This document shows, in pieces, positions 46,778-58,271 of a DNA stretch of 64,000 nt. Positions within the stretch are counted from its first letter, which is position 1. Every line of letters begins with the position of its first letter. The notes under the pieces were generated by a model. It ran no database searches, was not told the DNA's origin, and worked only from the letters and a program-made list of their open reading frames with translations. This DNA is from an uncultured Actinomycetes bacterium. GTDB lineage: Bacteria > Actinomycetota > UBA4738 > HRBIN12. Where the stretch lies: contig OY969934.1 of the NCBI GenBank assembly GCA_963704725.1, positions 1,024,001-1,088,000 on the forward strand. Reading direction: 5' to 3'. The position numbers and the translations under genes were made by a program.

Positions 46778-48231
46778 GCGCCCTCCGGGAGCTCGGCCGC
46801 GGCCTCCGCGGCGTTCGATCCTCGCGCCATGGCGAAGTCGCCGCACCGCGCGCCGTCGGGGAGCACCTTGTGCGGGTTCATCCGACCCTGCGGGTCGAAC
46901 GCCGAGCGCAGGCAGGCCTGGGCCGACAGGTCCTCCGCCGAGAACACCAGCGGCATGAAGTCGCGCTTCTCGAGCCCGATGCCGTGCTCGCCGGAGAGCG
47001 CGCCGCCGGCGTCGATGCACAGCCGCACGATCTCCTCGCTTGCCTTCAGGACGCGCTCGAGCGTTCCGGGGACGCGGCGGTCGAACGACAGGAGCGGGTG
47101 CAGGTTGCCGTCGCCGGCGTGGAAGACGTTCGTGACGACCAACCCACGGCGCTCCGCGATCGCGTAGACGCCCTCCAGGACCTCGACGAGCTTCGATCGG
47201 GGCACCACGCAGTCGTGCAGGTGATAGTGCGGAGCGATCTGCGCCACCGCGCCGAACGCGGACTTCCGCCCCTTCCAGATGAGGGCGCGCTCGGCGTCGT
47301 CGGCGGCGACGCGGATCGATCGGACGGCGTTGGCTCGGGCGGCCGACTCGACGGCTGCGGCCTGGGCCTCGACGGCGGCGGGAGTGCCGTCGACCTCGAC
47401 GATCAGGATGGCCGCGGCGTCGGTGGGGTAACCCGCGTGGGCGAAGCTCTCGGCCGCGACGATGATCCCGTGGTCCATCATCTCGACGGCGGCGGGGACG
47501 ACGCCTCCTGCGATGATGTCCGAGACGGTTGCGGCGCAGTCGGTCACGGCCGTGAAATCGAGGAGCATGGTGCGGACGTCGGCCGGGAGCGGGGTGAGCC
47601 GGACGCACACGCCCGCGACCACGCCGAGCGTCCCCTCGCTGCCGACCATCGCCGCGCGGAGGTCGTACCCGGCCGCCTCCGGCCCCTCCGAGCCGAGTCG
47701 CTCCACGGATCCGTCGGGGAGCACCACGTCGATCGCGAGCACGTGGTTGGACGTCACGCCGTAGGCGAGACAGTGCGGACCGCCGGCGTTCGTGTTGACG
47801 TTCCCGCCGATCGAGGAGGTCTGCTGCGACGATGGATCCGGCGCGTAGGTGAAACCGTACGGACGGAGTGCGTTCCCGAGGTCCAGGTTCGGCAGGCCCG
47901 GCTCGACCCACGCCAGGCGGTCCTCGGTCCGCACCTCGAGGATCCGGGTCATCTTCGAGGTGACGACGACGATGGCGTCCCCGAGCGGCGTCGAGCCGCC
48001 GGCCAGCCCGGTGCCCGAGCCGCGCGGCACGATCGGCAGGTCGTGCTCGGCGGCGATCCGCACGCAGGCCACGACGTCCTCGACGCTCCGCGGGAACGCC
48101 ACGAGCGCGCAGCCGCCCTCGACGAGGGACGCGTCGCGCGCGTAGAGGCGCCGCGCGAGGGGATCGGACAGGACCTCGGAGGGGCCGAGGGCGTCCTCGA
48201 GCGCCAGGCGGGCGGTCTCGACGTCGGCCAT
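46768..48231 (-). CDS. glcD: Glycolate oxidase subunit (GlcD-like)
   Basis: PRGSGTGLAGG, PDPSS, NAGGPHCLAYG, HAGDGNLH, SGEHGIG. Confidence 0.9.
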   Translation of the reverse strand: MADVETARLALEDALGPSEVLSDPLARRLYARDASLVEGGCALVAFPRSVEDVVACVRIAAEHDLPIVPRGSGTGLAGGSTPLGDAIVVVTSKMTRILEVRTEDRLAWVEPGLPNLDLGNALRPYGFTYAPDPSSQQTSSIGGNVNTNAGGPHCLAYGVTSNHVLAIDVVLPDGSVERLGSEGPEAAGYDLRAAMVGSEGTLGVVAGVCVRLTPLPADVRTMLLDFTAVTDCAATVSDIIAGGVVPAAVEMMDHGIIVAAESFAHAGYPTDAAAILIVEVDGTPAAVEAQAAAVESAARANAVRSIRVAADDAERALIWKGRKSAFGAVAQIAPHYHLHDCVVPRSKLVEVLEGVYAIAERRGLVVTNVFHAGDGNLHPLLSFDRRVPGTLERVLKASEEIVRLCIDAGGALSGEHGIGLEKRDFMPLVFSAEDLSAQACLRSAFDPQGRMNPHKVLPDGARCGDFAMARGSNAAEAAAELPEGAWI

Positions 48232-48266
48232 GTCGACGGCCGTAGGCTACGTCACGCCGGGGTGCG

Positions 48267-48611
48267 TTACGCGACCCGTCCCGGCCGGCCGTCGGGCGTG
48301 GCCAGCGGGCGGCCCTCCGCCTCCCACTCCTCGAGTCCGTTCGCAAGGTTGTGGGCGTCGAAGCCGCGCGCCCGGAGCATCAGGGTCGCCAGCTCGCTCC
48401 GGTTCCCCGACCGGCACACCACGACCGTCGTCCTCTCCAGGTCGAGCTGGGCGGTCGATCCCGCCAGGATCGCGTTGAGGGGCAGATGGATCGAGCCCTC
48501 GATCCGCCCGGCCACCCACTCGTAGGGCTCGCGGCAATCGACCACCTGCACCTCGTCCAGGTGCTCGGCGAGGCCGCGCGAGGTCGTGAGGTCCGTCGTG
48601 GTCTCGGTCAT
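48267..48611 (-). CDS. Rhodanese-like protein
   Basis: DCREPYEW, CRSGNRS. Confidence 0.9.
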   Translation of the reverse strand: MTETTTDLTTSRGLAEHLDEVQVVDCREPYEWVAGRIEGSIHLPLNAILAGSTAQLDLERTTVVVCRSGNRSELATLMLRARGFDAHNLANGLEEWEAEGRPLATPDGRPGRVA

Positions 48612-48628
48612 TGCAGGTGCAAATCCTA

Positions 48629-49153
48629 TCAGCCGAGTGCGGAACGGCGGGCCCGCTCGAACGCCTCGAACGCGGCCGCCCCGAACAGGACGAACCGGAC
48701 CTCCTCCACCACCGTCGTGGCCTCCAGGACGGCTCGGATCGCCACGGGAGCGGCCTCGTCCAGCGGGTATCCGTAGACCCCCGTCGAGATGGCCGGGAAG
48801 GCCACGGCCCGCGCGCCGAGCTCGTCCGCCACGTGGAGCGACTCCGCGTGGCATGAGGCGAGGAGGCCCGAGCGATCCTCGCCCTTCGAGTACACCGGTC
48901 CCACCGTGTGGATCACCCATCGCGCCGGGAGGTTCCCCCCCGTGGTCGCCACCGCCCCTCCGGTGGGGAGCCCGTCGGGGAAACGTGTCCTGCGGAGCTC
49001 TCGGCACTCGGCGAGGATGGCGGGCCCGCCGGCCCGGTGGATGGCCCCGTCGACGCCGCCCCCACCCAGCAGCCCGGAGTTCGCGGCGTTCACGACGGCG
49101 TCGACGGTCTGGCGGGTGAGGTCGCCTTCGACGAGCTCGATCGTGGGGGCCAT
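48629..49153 (-). CDS. Macro-domain O-acetyl-ADP-ribose deacetylase (YmdB-like)
   Basis: [31 protein letters not shown]. Confidence 0.93.
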   Translation of the reverse strand: MAPTIELVEGDLTRQTVDAVVNAANSGLLGGGGVDGAIHRAGGPAILAECRELRRTRFPDGLPTGGAVATTGGNLPARWVIHTVGPVYSKGEDRSGLLASCHAESLHVADELGARAVAFPAISTGVYGYPLDEAAPVAIRAVLEATTVVEEVRFVLFGAAAFEAFERARRSALG

Positions 49154-49306
49154 CCCCTCATGCTACGAAGGGTGCGCCGCGAGGGAACCAGGGATTCGAC
49201 CCGGGGTCCCCGACTACGGTGTAATAGGGGATCGAGCAGCGGAACGGACCCTGCCCGGCGGCCGCACCAGGTCGCAGCGCCGGGGCGGGCCGTCGAGGAG
49301 GAGGCC

Positions 49307-50524
<1,218 letters not shown>

Positions 50525-50673
50525 GCCTCTCCAAGGGGGCCGACAAGGCCATCCGCCCCTCGATGTTGGGCACCCTTGGTCGATCCCCGCGGGCCTGGGC
50601 AACCGTAGAACCATCGGGTTGACCGCAGGGGGAACCCATCGGCGAGAATAGGGGCAAGGGGGAAGGAGGCACC

Positions 50674-52002
50674 ATGCGACGACTGAAGTTCATCGTGCCG
50701 ATCGCCGTGCTGTTGCTGGTGGCGGCGGCGTGTTCCAGCGACGACAACGGGGGAGGCTCGAGCGGCACCACCTCCAGCGGTGGCAACCAGGGCGAGAACA
50801 CCGGCACGGTCAACGTGCTGAACGCCATGGAGCCGGAGGAGTCGACCGCGATCCAGGCGCTCGTGGACGAGCAGCTCGGCAACGTCGACTACACGGCGGA
50901 GATCGAGGCCTCGGCCGACTTCGAGGAGCAGTTCCAGATCCGCAGCGAGGGCGGCACGCTCGACATCGCCCTGCTGCCCCAGCCGGGCACCGTGGCCGCC
51001 CAGGCCGAGGCCGGCAACCTGGTCTCGCTCGAGGACCTGGGGTTCAACATCGCCGACCTGCAGGCCCTGTTCGGGGACTACTTCTTGTCCCTGGGCGAGT
51101 ACAACGGCAAGCACTACGGGCTGCCCACCAACATCAACCTGAAGTCCATGGTGTGGTACCCCAAGGACGACTTCGACGCCGCCGGCTACACCGTGCCCAC
51201 CACGTGGGACGAGCTGCTGGCGCTGTCGGACCAGATCGTGGCCGACGGGTCCACGCCGTGGTGCGTGGGCTTCGAGTCCGGCGGGGCCACCGGGTGGCCG
51301 GCGACCGACTGGATGGAGGACATCATGCTCCGCACGGCGGGGCCCGACGTCTACGACCAGTGGGTCAACCACGAGATCCCGTTCAACGACCCGGCCGTGG
51401 TGCACGCCGGCGAGGTCTTCGGCGACGTCATGTTCCACGACGGCTACGTGCTGGGTGGAGCCGCCGACACCACCTCGATCGCCTTCGGCGACGCTCCGCT
51501 GCCGATGTTCGACACCCCGCCGGGGTGCTGGCTGCACCGTCAGGCCAGCTTCATCAACGCCTTCTTCCCGGCCGATGCGGTGGCCGGCACCGACTACGAC
51601 TGGTTCCCCCTTCCCCCCATCGACCAGGAAGGGACCCTGTTCGCCGGTGAGTTCGCCGTGGTGGGCACGAACGGGAACCGCCCGGAGGTCACGGACTTCC
51701 TGAACCAGTTCATGGCCGAGGGCATCCAGTGCGCCATCGGAGGGGTGACGGCGTCCTCCCGCATCTCGCCCAACATCAACGTCGGCCCGGAGTGCTACGC
51801 CAACTCCATCCTGGCCGACGCCTCCGCGGTGCTCACCAACGCCCTGTCCACCGGGACCGGACGCTTCGACGCCTCGGACATGATGCCGGCCGAGGTGGGC
51901 GTGGGCAGCTTCTGGACCGGGATGGTCAAGTACCTGCAGGACGGTCCGGACTCCCTGCAGGGCGTGCTCGACGACATCGAGGCGAGCTGGCCCGCATCGT
52001 AG
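50674..52002 (+). CDS. Sugar ABC substrate-binding lipoprotein (AglE-like)
   Basis: Lipobox VAAAC; WCVGFESGGATGWPATDW, RFDASDMMP. Confidence 0.9.
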   Translation: MRRLKFIVPIAVLLLVAAACSSDDNGGGSSGTTSSGGNQGENTGTVNVLNAMEPEESTAIQALVDEQLGNVDYTAEIEASADFEEQFQIRSEGGTLDIALLPQPGTVAAQAEAGNLVSLEDLGFNIADLQALFGDYFLSLGEYNGKHYGLPTNINLKSMVWYPKDDFDAAGYTVPTTWDELLALSDQIVADGSTPWCVGFESGGATGWPATDWMEDIMLRTAGPDVYDQWVNHEIPFNDPAVVHAGEVFGDVMFHDGYVLGGAADTTSIAFGDAPLPMFDTPPGCWLHRQASFINAFFPADAVAGTDYDWFPLPPIDQEGTLFAGEFAVVGTNGNRPEVTDFLNQFMAEGIQCAIGGVTASSRISPNINVGPECYANSILADASAVLTNALSTGTGRFDASDMMPAEVGVGSFWTGMVKYLQDGPDSLQGVLDDIEASWPAS

Positions 52003-52027
52003 AGGGACCACGAAGCACCTGATGCAC

Positions 52028-52060
52028 GAGGGGAGCGGCCGCCCGGCGGCCGCTCCCCTC
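52028..52060. terminator. Intra-operon stem-loop after the substrate-binding gene
   Basis: GAGGGGAGCGGCCGC-ccg-GCGGCCGCTCCCCTC. Confidence 0.65.
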
Positions 52061-52101
52061 GGTTTGCGCGAAGGTAGCCCACCGAGAGAGGATGTCTCCT
52101 C

Positions 52102-53262
52102 GTGAGGACGACGGACGAGTCCGCGGCGGACTCCATGGCCGTGGTGCCGGGGGGTGAGCCCGGGGGCCCCTCGGATGGAGGGGCCGCCATCCCGCCCCTG
52201 CGCCTCGTCGTCGTGCTCGCCTCGGTCGTCGTGGGCGCAGTCCTGTTCCTCATCACCTTCAACTTCCTCCGCAACGCCGAGGCCAACCGGCTGGCGGTGG
52301 TCGGCGTGGCGATCGTGGCCGGGGCGGGCGGTGTCTTCTTCCTGTTCTGGGTGATGGACGAGATCGTGAACCTGCTCCCCGTCGGGTTCCGCGAGAAGGT
52401 CCGCCCGTACGTGTTCGTGGGTCCCGCCCTCGTCGTCCTCTCCGTGTTCCTCATCTACCCGGTGTTCAACACGATCCTGATCGCCTTCAAGGGCCCGAAC
52501 TCGCGGAGCTTCGTGGGTTTCGACAACTTCAAGTTCGTGTTCACCAATCCGGACATGCTGCGCGCGCTCCGGAACACGGCCGGATGGCTCGTCCTGGTGC
52601 CGCTCGTCGCGGTGGCCATCGGCCTCGGTTTCGCCACGCTGGCCGACCGGCTCCGCCGCGGCGAGGCCGTGGCCAAGTCGCTGATCTTCCTGCCGATGGC
52701 GATCTCGTTCGCGGGGGCCTCGATCACGTGGCAGCTGATCTACAGCTACCGACCGCAGGGGTTCGGCAGCAACATCGGACTGCTGAACGGGATCATGCTC
52801 GGGCTGGGGGACAACCCGGTGAAATGGCTCGAGCTCCAACCGTGGAACAACCTGTTCCTCATGGTGATCATGGTGTGGATGCAGACCGGGTTCGCCATGG
52901 TGGTGCTCTCAGCGGCGATCAAGGCCATCCCGGACGAGATCATCGAGGCGGCCCGGATCGACGGAGCCTCCGAGATGCAGGTGTTCGGCAGGATCATCGT
53001 GCCCACCATCCTTCCCACGATCGTGGTGGTGACCACCTACATGGTCATCAACTCGCTGAAGGTCTTCGACATCGTGTTCGTCCAACCGGCGAACGCCGAG
53101 ACGAACGGCACGGTCGTGGTCGCGGAACGCATGATCCGCTGGTTCTTCCTGCTCCAGAACAGCGGGCGCGGCGCTGCGATCGCCGTCGTCCTGTTCGTGG
53201 CGGTCGTTCCCGTGATGATCTGGAACATGCGGCGGTTCCGCGAGCAGGAGGCCACGCGATGA
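52102..53262 (+). CDS. Carbohydrate ABC permease (AglF-like)
   Basis: TM helices; EAARIDGA loop. Confidence 0.92.
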   Translation: MRTTDESAADSMAVVPGGEPGGPSDGGAAIPPLRLVVVLASVVVGAVLFLITFNFLRNAEANRLAVVGVAIVAGAGGVFFLFWVMDEIVNLLPVGFREKVRPYVFVGPALVVLSVFLIYPVFNTILIAFKGPNSRSFVGFDNFKFVFTNPDMLRALRNTAGWLVLVPLVAVAIGLGFATLADRLRRGEAVAKSLIFLPMAISFAGASITWQLIYSYRPQGFGSNIGLLNGIMLGLGDNPVKWLELQPWNNLFLMVIMVWMQTGFAMVVLSAAIKAIPDEIIEAARIDGASEMQVFGRIIVPTILPTIVVVTTYMVINSLKVFDIVFVQPANAETNGTVVVAERMIRWFFLLQNSGRGAAIAVVLFVAVVPVMIWNMRRFREQEATR

Positions 53263-54191
53263 GCGCCCCGGCGATCCCGATCCCGACCGCGGACTCCAGG
53301 GCCCCCGGTGAGGTGCGCAAGGGCGGCTGGGTCATCCGGATCACGATCCTCGTCATCGTCGTGCTCTGGTCGATCCCGACCCTCGGCGTCCTCATCACCT
53401 CGTTCCGCCCCGAGGCGCTCGTCGACACGACGGGGTGGTGGACGGTGCTCAGCAAGCCGTTCCAGGCGGCCCAGTGGACCCTGGAGAACTACCGCCTCGC
53501 CATCACGGGGCAGGGCTTCGGGAACTCGTTCCTGAACAGCCTCGCGGTGGCGATCCCGGCGACCGTGATCCCGATCGCGATCGCGGCCTTCGCCGCGTAC
53601 GGCTTCTCGTGGATGGAGTTCCGCGGGCGGTACGTCATGTTCGTGCTCGTCGTCGGCCTGCTGGTCGTTCCGCTGCAGATGGCCCTGATCCCGATCCTGA
53701 AGCTGTTCACCCAGGGCGTGACCGTGTTCGGGATGAAGATCTTCCCCGACCTCGATCTCAACGAGTCGTTCCTCGGGATCTGGCTGGCGCACACGGGGTT
53801 CGGGTTACCGCTCGCCACGTACCTGCTCCGCAACTACATCGGGTCGCTGCCTTCTTCGATCATCGAGTCCGCCAAGATCGACGGGGCCGACAACTTCACG
53901 ATCTTCTGGCGGCTCATCATCCCGCTCTCCGTGCCGGCGCTGGCCGCCTTCGCCATCTTCCAGTTCATGTGGGTGTGGAACGACCTCCTCGTGGCCTACG
54001 TGTTCCTCGGCGGGGCCGGGCAGAACCGGGTGCTGACCGTCGCGCTGCGCGAGCTCGTGGGTGCGCGCGGCGAGAACTGGCACCTGCTCACCGCTGCGGC
54101 GTTCATCTCGATGGCGCTGCCGCTGGTGGTGTTCTTCTCGCTCCAGAAGTACTTCGTGCGGGGGCTGACCGCCGGCTCCGTCAAGGGCTGA
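53259..54191 (+). CDS. Carbohydrate ABC permease (AglG-like)
   Basis: ESAKIDGA; QKYFVRGLTAGSVKG. Confidence 0.92.
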   Translation: MSAPAIPIPTADSRAPGEVRKGGWVIRITILVIVVLWSIPTLGVLITSFRPEALVDTTGWWTVLSKPFQAAQWTLENYRLAITGQGFGNSFLNSLAVAIPATVIPIAIAAFAAYGFSWMEFRGRYVMFVLVVGLLVVPLQMALIPILKLFTQGVTVFGMKIFPDLDLNESFLGIWLAHTGFGLPLATYLLRNYIGSLPSSIIESAKIDGADNFTIFWRLIIPLSVPALAAFAIFQFMWVWNDLLVAYVFLGGAGQNRVLTVALRELVGARGENWHLLTAAAFISMALPLVVFFSLQKYFVRGLTAGSVKG

Positions 54192-54198
54192 GCCTCCG

Positions 54199-54759
54199 AT
54201 GGTCCGGGCCCGCCGTTCCCCGCTGGCCGGTGCGTCGCCGATCTCTCCGCAGCGCAAGTGGCGGGCGATCACGCTCGCCACGCTCGTGTTCGTGCCGGCG
54301 TACCTCTCGCTCCTCGCGGGACTCGTCTCCGTCGTGTCGGACGATCCGGATTCCCCCCTCCCCGGCCCGTACATCGCCTTCGGACTGGCGCTGATCCCCT
54401 TCGTCTTCGTGGCCCTGGCCTTCCTCTCGGAGCACCCCAGGGCGCCCGGGGCGGTGATCAAGGCCATGATCTGGTGTCTCCTGGTGGGGATCCCGGTCTC
54501 GGCGATCGCCGCGGACGCGGTCACCGGGCTGGTGGCGGGCATGGGCGCCGGCGGCATCGTCGCGCTCCGGTCGGATCCGCTCCTCAGCTGGAAGGTGCGG
54601 GCACTCGCCGTCTTCCTGGCGTCGGCGTACACCTTCGTCATGATCCGTGCGGCGGGCGACGCGATGCTGCTGATCGCGCCGATCCTCCCGTTCACGAGCA
54701 TCGGGGTTGCCGACCACCTCGTGGAACGCAGGATGGAGCGGCGGAAGCCCGGCGGGTGA
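54199..54759 (+). CDS. Membrane protein
   Basis: Several TM helices; within the operon. Confidence 0.7.
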   Translation: MVRARRSPLAGASPISPQRKWRAITLATLVFVPAYLSLLAGLVSVVSDDPDSPLPGPYIAFGLALIPFVFVALAFLSEHPRAPGAVIKAMIWCLLVGIPVSAIAADAVTGLVAGMGAGGIVALRSDPLLSWKVRALAVFLASAYTFVMIRAAGDAMLLIAPILPFTSIGVADHLVERRMERRKPGG

Positions 54760-55685
54760 GCTCCGCCTTCGACCTCGTGGTCCTTGGTGACGCGAAGCCG
54801 GACCTCATCGTCGCGGCCCCCGGATCGGGGTCGGCGCGGGGGGAGCGGCTCGTGGACGAGACCGTGCTCGCGCTGGGTGGTTCGGGAGCGATCGCGGCGT
54901 GCGGCGCCGCCACGCTCGGGTTGAAGGTCGCGTTCGCCGGGACGGTGGGCGACGACCCGTTCGGACGGTTCGTGACCGAGGCGCTTGCCGCGCACGGGGT
55001 GGACGTCGGGGGGATCCGCGTCGACGTGCAGCATCCCACCGGCGTCTCGATCGTCCTCAAGCACGATGAGGACGAGACCGTGCTCACCTCCGTCGGCACC
55101 GTGGCGACGTTCGGCGGCGAGCTCGTCGACCGGACGGTGCTGCGCTCTGCCCGGCACCTGCATGTCAGCTCCTACTACCTGCAGGACGCGCTCCGCCCGG
55201 CGCTGCCCGAGCTGTTCGACGAGGCGCACACCGCCGGCGCGTCCACCTCGATCGATCCGAACCGCGATCATTCCGGTGAATGGAACCGAGGTCTGTTCGA
55301 CCTGCTCGACTCGACCGATGTGCTGTTCGCGAACTCCGCCGAGGTCCGCGAGATCACGGGCGTGGACGACGTCGACTTCGCCGCCGAGGCGCTCGCGGAG
55401 CGCGGGACCGTCGCGGCGGTCAAGTTCCTGAACGGCGGCGGGCTCGCCGTGTGGGGGGACGAGATGGTGCGCTCCGAGGCGCTCCCCACCTCGGTCCGGG
55501 ACACGACGGGCGCGGGCGCCAGCTTCGCGGCCGGGTTCATCGCCGGGCGCCTCGAGGGCTCGTCGCTCGGCCGGTGCCTCGCCCTCGCCGTCGCCTGCGC
55601 GTCGCTCTCGTGTCGGGGCATCGGCGGGACGTCGACGCAGCCCACGATGGCGGAGGCCCTGGCCGCGCTCGAGGAGACCGCGTGA
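54756..55685 (+). CDS. PfkB family carbohydrate kinase
   Basis: GGSGA, VGDDPFG, DTTGAGASF (the usual catalytic Asp of GAGD is Ala). Confidence 0.85.
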   Translation: MSSAFDLVVLGDAKPDLIVAAPGSGSARGERLVDETVLALGGSGAIAACGAATLGLKVAFAGTVGDDPFGRFVTEALAAHGVDVGGIRVDVQHPTGVSIVLKHDEDETVLTSVGTVATFGGELVDRTVLRSARHLHVSSYYLQDALRPALPELFDEAHTAGASTSIDPNRDHSGEWNRGLFDLLDSTDVLFANSAEVREITGVDDVDFAAEALAERGTVAAVKFLNGGGLAVWGDEMVRSEALPTSVRDTTGAGASFAAGFIAGRLEGSSLGRCLALAVACASLSCRGIGGTSTQPTMAEALAALEETA

Positions 55686-56617
55686 TCCTCTGCGTCGCCG
55701 CGAGTCCCTCGATCGACAAGCTGTTCGAGGTGGAGCGCGTCGTGCGAGGGGAGATCCACCGGCCCCGGGCGTTCGTGCAGGTGCCGGGCGGCAAGGGGCT
55801 GAACGTCGCGCGCGCGGCGCACGCGCTCGGCGCGGACGTGCTCGCCACCGCGATCCTGGGCGGTCACGCGGGCACATGGCTCGCCGAAGCGCTTGCCGCG
55901 GAAGGGGTGCCGGGGACCTTCGCCTGGGTCGACGGCGAGACGCGCGCCTCGCTGTCGGTGGCCGACCTCGAGACCGGCGGCCTGACCGAGTTCTACGAGC
56001 GTGGCGACGACATCGGCGAAGAGGGGTGGCGTGGGCTGGAGGACGTCGTGCGCCGGGCCCTGCCGGGGCGTACCTGGATGACGATGAGCGGCAACCTCCC
56101 GCCCGGCGCTCCCGAGGACGGCTACGCGCGGCTGATCGAGCTCGCCCACGCGGCCGGCGTCCGCGCGGCCCTCGACGCGCGGGAGAGGGCGCTCGCGGCC
56201 GGGATCGAGGCCCGGCCGGAGCTGGTGAAGGTGAACGCGGAGGAGGCCGGCTGGATCCTCGGTGTCGGCCCGGCAACCGTCGGCGACGCCGGGGCCGCGG
56301 CGGCGAGGCTCCGCGAGCGGCTCGACGGCGCCGGGGCGGCCATCGTCACGTGTGGGGCCGACGGCGCCCTCGTGGCCGGACCCGACGGCGGCATCGTTCA
56401 CGGGCGCCTCTACGTCCGCGGTCCGTACCCGGTCGGCAGCGGCGACGCGTTCCTGGGCGGCCTCGTCACGGCGCTCGACCGCGACGAGCCGTGGCGCGAG
56501 GCGATCGCGCTCGCGCTGGGCGCGGCCACCGCGAACGCGGAGATGCCGGGGGCGGGCCGCTTGGACCCGGTGGTGGCCGTGGAGCTCGCCGCGCGCGCCG
56601 ATCTCTCGGTCACCTGA
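55682..56617 (+). CDS. 1-phosphofructokinase family hexose kinase
   Basis: GGKGLNVARA, KVNAEEA, VGSGDAFLGG. Confidence 0.9.
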   Translation: MILCVAASPSIDKLFEVERVVRGEIHRPRAFVQVPGGKGLNVARAAHALGADVLATAILGGHAGTWLAEALAAEGVPGTFAWVDGETRASLSVADLETGGLTEFYERGDDIGEEGWRGLEDVVRRALPGRTWMTMSGNLPPGAPEDGYARLIELAHAAGVRAALDARERALAAGIEARPELVKVNAEEAGWILGVGPATVGDAGAAAARLRERLDGAGAAIVTCGADGALVAGPDGGIVHGRLYVRGPYPVGSGDAFLGGLVTALDRDEPWREAIALALGAATANAEMPGAGRLDPVVAVELAARADLSVT

Positions 56618-56657
56618 GCGACGAGGTGCGGTTCGGGCCCGCTGCTACGGTCTCGCC

Positions 56658-57863
56658 GTGCCCGGCCGCCCGCGAACCCACGTCCGTCCGGCCTCGGCCG
56701 TGCACGTGCTGTTCGTGCTGTTCGGGATCGGGATCGCGGCGTTCTTCCCTTTCTTCGCGCTGTTCCTCGACGACCGCGGATTGTCGCCGGAGCGCATCGG
56801 GGTCGTCATCGCGACGATGGCCGTGGGCCGGATCGCCGCGAGCCCGGCGTGGGGGCATCTCGCCGACACGACGCTCGGTCGCCGGACGACGTTGCAGATC
56901 GGGACGCTGGGCGCCGCGGCGACGGCCGTGCTGCTGTTCTTCTTCGACGCGTACGCGGCGATCGTGGCACTCGCGTTCGTGTTCGCGACGTTCAGCTCCA
57001 CCACCGGGCCGAACATGGACGCGATCGCCCTCGAGCACCTGGGCGAGGAGCGGATGGGCGAGTACGGCCGGATCCGGGCGTGGGAGAGCCTGAGCTACGC
57101 GGTCTCGTGCCTGCTGATCGGGCTCACGCTCGAGCTCAGCAGCCCGGCGTGGACCATGCCGATCTACGCCGTGGCCGGCCTCGCCGTGCTGGGGTGGACG
57201 TCGACGCTTCGACACGATCGTCCCACGCACCACGAGCGGAGCGGCGGGCTCGGCACCGTCGGCGCGGTCTTCCGCGAGGCGCCGCGGTTCTGGATGTTCC
57301 TGGTCGCGCTCCTGCTCGTGTGGACGGGCTTCAATGCCGCGTGGAACTTCATCGCGCTGAAGATCGAGCAGGGTGGCGGCGGGCCGCTGCTCGTCGGCGT
57401 CGGCACGGCGCTCGGCGGGCTCGTCGAGGTGCCGGTGATGCGCCTGTCGTCCCGGCTCGGGCGGCGGTGGGGGCTCCGACGCCTGTTCACCCTCGGCTGC
57501 ATCATCTACGCGTTCTGCTTCCTGATGTGGGGCATGATCGAGAACCCGACGATCGTCTCGCTCCTGACCGTGTTCGAGGGCCTCGCGTTCGGGCTGCTGT
57601 TCACGACCGGCGTGGTGGTGATCGGCACGATGCTGCCGTCGTGGCTGTACTCGACCGGCCAGTCGATGTGGGTCACCGTGAGCTTCGGTATCGCGCCCAT
57701 CCTCGGCGCCGGCATCGGGGGATGGGTGTTCGAGACGGCGGGGACCGTGACGTTGTACGCGGGGGCGTCTGGCCTGGCGCTGGCCGGAGGGGGCGTCGCG
57801 TGGATCGCTCTGTCCGAGCCCGCGCTCGCCAACCCGACACCCGAGGTGGAGCCCGTGCTCTGA
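56658..57863 (+). CDS. MFS transporter
   Basis: About 12 TM helices; WGHLAD, YGRIRAW. Confidence 0.88.
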   Translation: MPGRPRTHVRPASAVHVLFVLFGIGIAAFFPFFALFLDDRGLSPERIGVVIATMAVGRIAASPAWGHLADTTLGRRTTLQIGTLGAAATAVLLFFFDAYAAIVALAFVFATFSSTTGPNMDAIALEHLGEERMGEYGRIRAWESLSYAVSCLLIGLTLELSSPAWTMPIYAVAGLAVLGWTSTLRHDRPTHHERSGGLGTVGAVFREAPRFWMFLVALLLVWTGFNAAWNFIALKIEQGGGGPLLVGVGTALGGLVEVPVMRLSSRLGRRWGLRRLFTLGCIIYAFCFLMWGMIENPTIVSLLTVFEGLAFGLLFTTGVVVIGTMLPSWLYSTGQSMWVTVSFGIAPILGAGIGGWVFETAGTVTLYAGASGLALAGGGVAWIALSEPALANPTPEVEPVL

Positions 57864-57950
57864 CCCGGTTCGCGCCGGGCGCAGACGTTCGCGTACGATA
57901 GGTCGAAGGCCCACGAACGAGCTGCACGAACGAGCCGAGACGAGGAGGGA

Positions 57951-58190
57951 ATGGACGTGGTCAGCGCGTACATCCTGATCCAGACGGAGGTCGGCAGGGC
58001 CAGTCATGTCACCAGAGAGCTTTCCAGCGTCAAGGGGATCGTGCAGGTCGACGGCGTCACCGGCCCCTACGACGTGATCGCGAGAGGCGAGGCAACGGAC
58101 CTCGACGAGCTGGCGAAGGCGATCGTCATGCCGATCCAATCGGTCGAGGGCGTGACGAGGACCCTGACCTGCCCCGTCCTGCAGTTCTGA
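57951..58190 (+). CDS. Lrp/AsnC ligand-binding-domain protein
   Basis: AYILIQTEVG, VTGPYDVI, GVTRTLTC. Confidence 0.9.
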   Translation: MDVVSAYILIQTEVGRASHVTRELSSVKGIVQVDGVTGPYDVIARGEATDLDELAKAIVMPIQSVEGVTRTLTCPVLQF

Positions 58191-58271
58191 GCGGCCGCTG
58201 AGGCGCTTCAGGCCGCCCGGCGAGCGGCCGATACCCCCGAGGGGTCCACCGGGGCCTCCGGAGGTGGCGTT

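Noticed and set aside
48629-49153. Macro domain as part of an anti-phage system
   Set aside because: Ordinary YmdB-like gene in host context, outside the element, with no ADP-ribosyltransferase partner.
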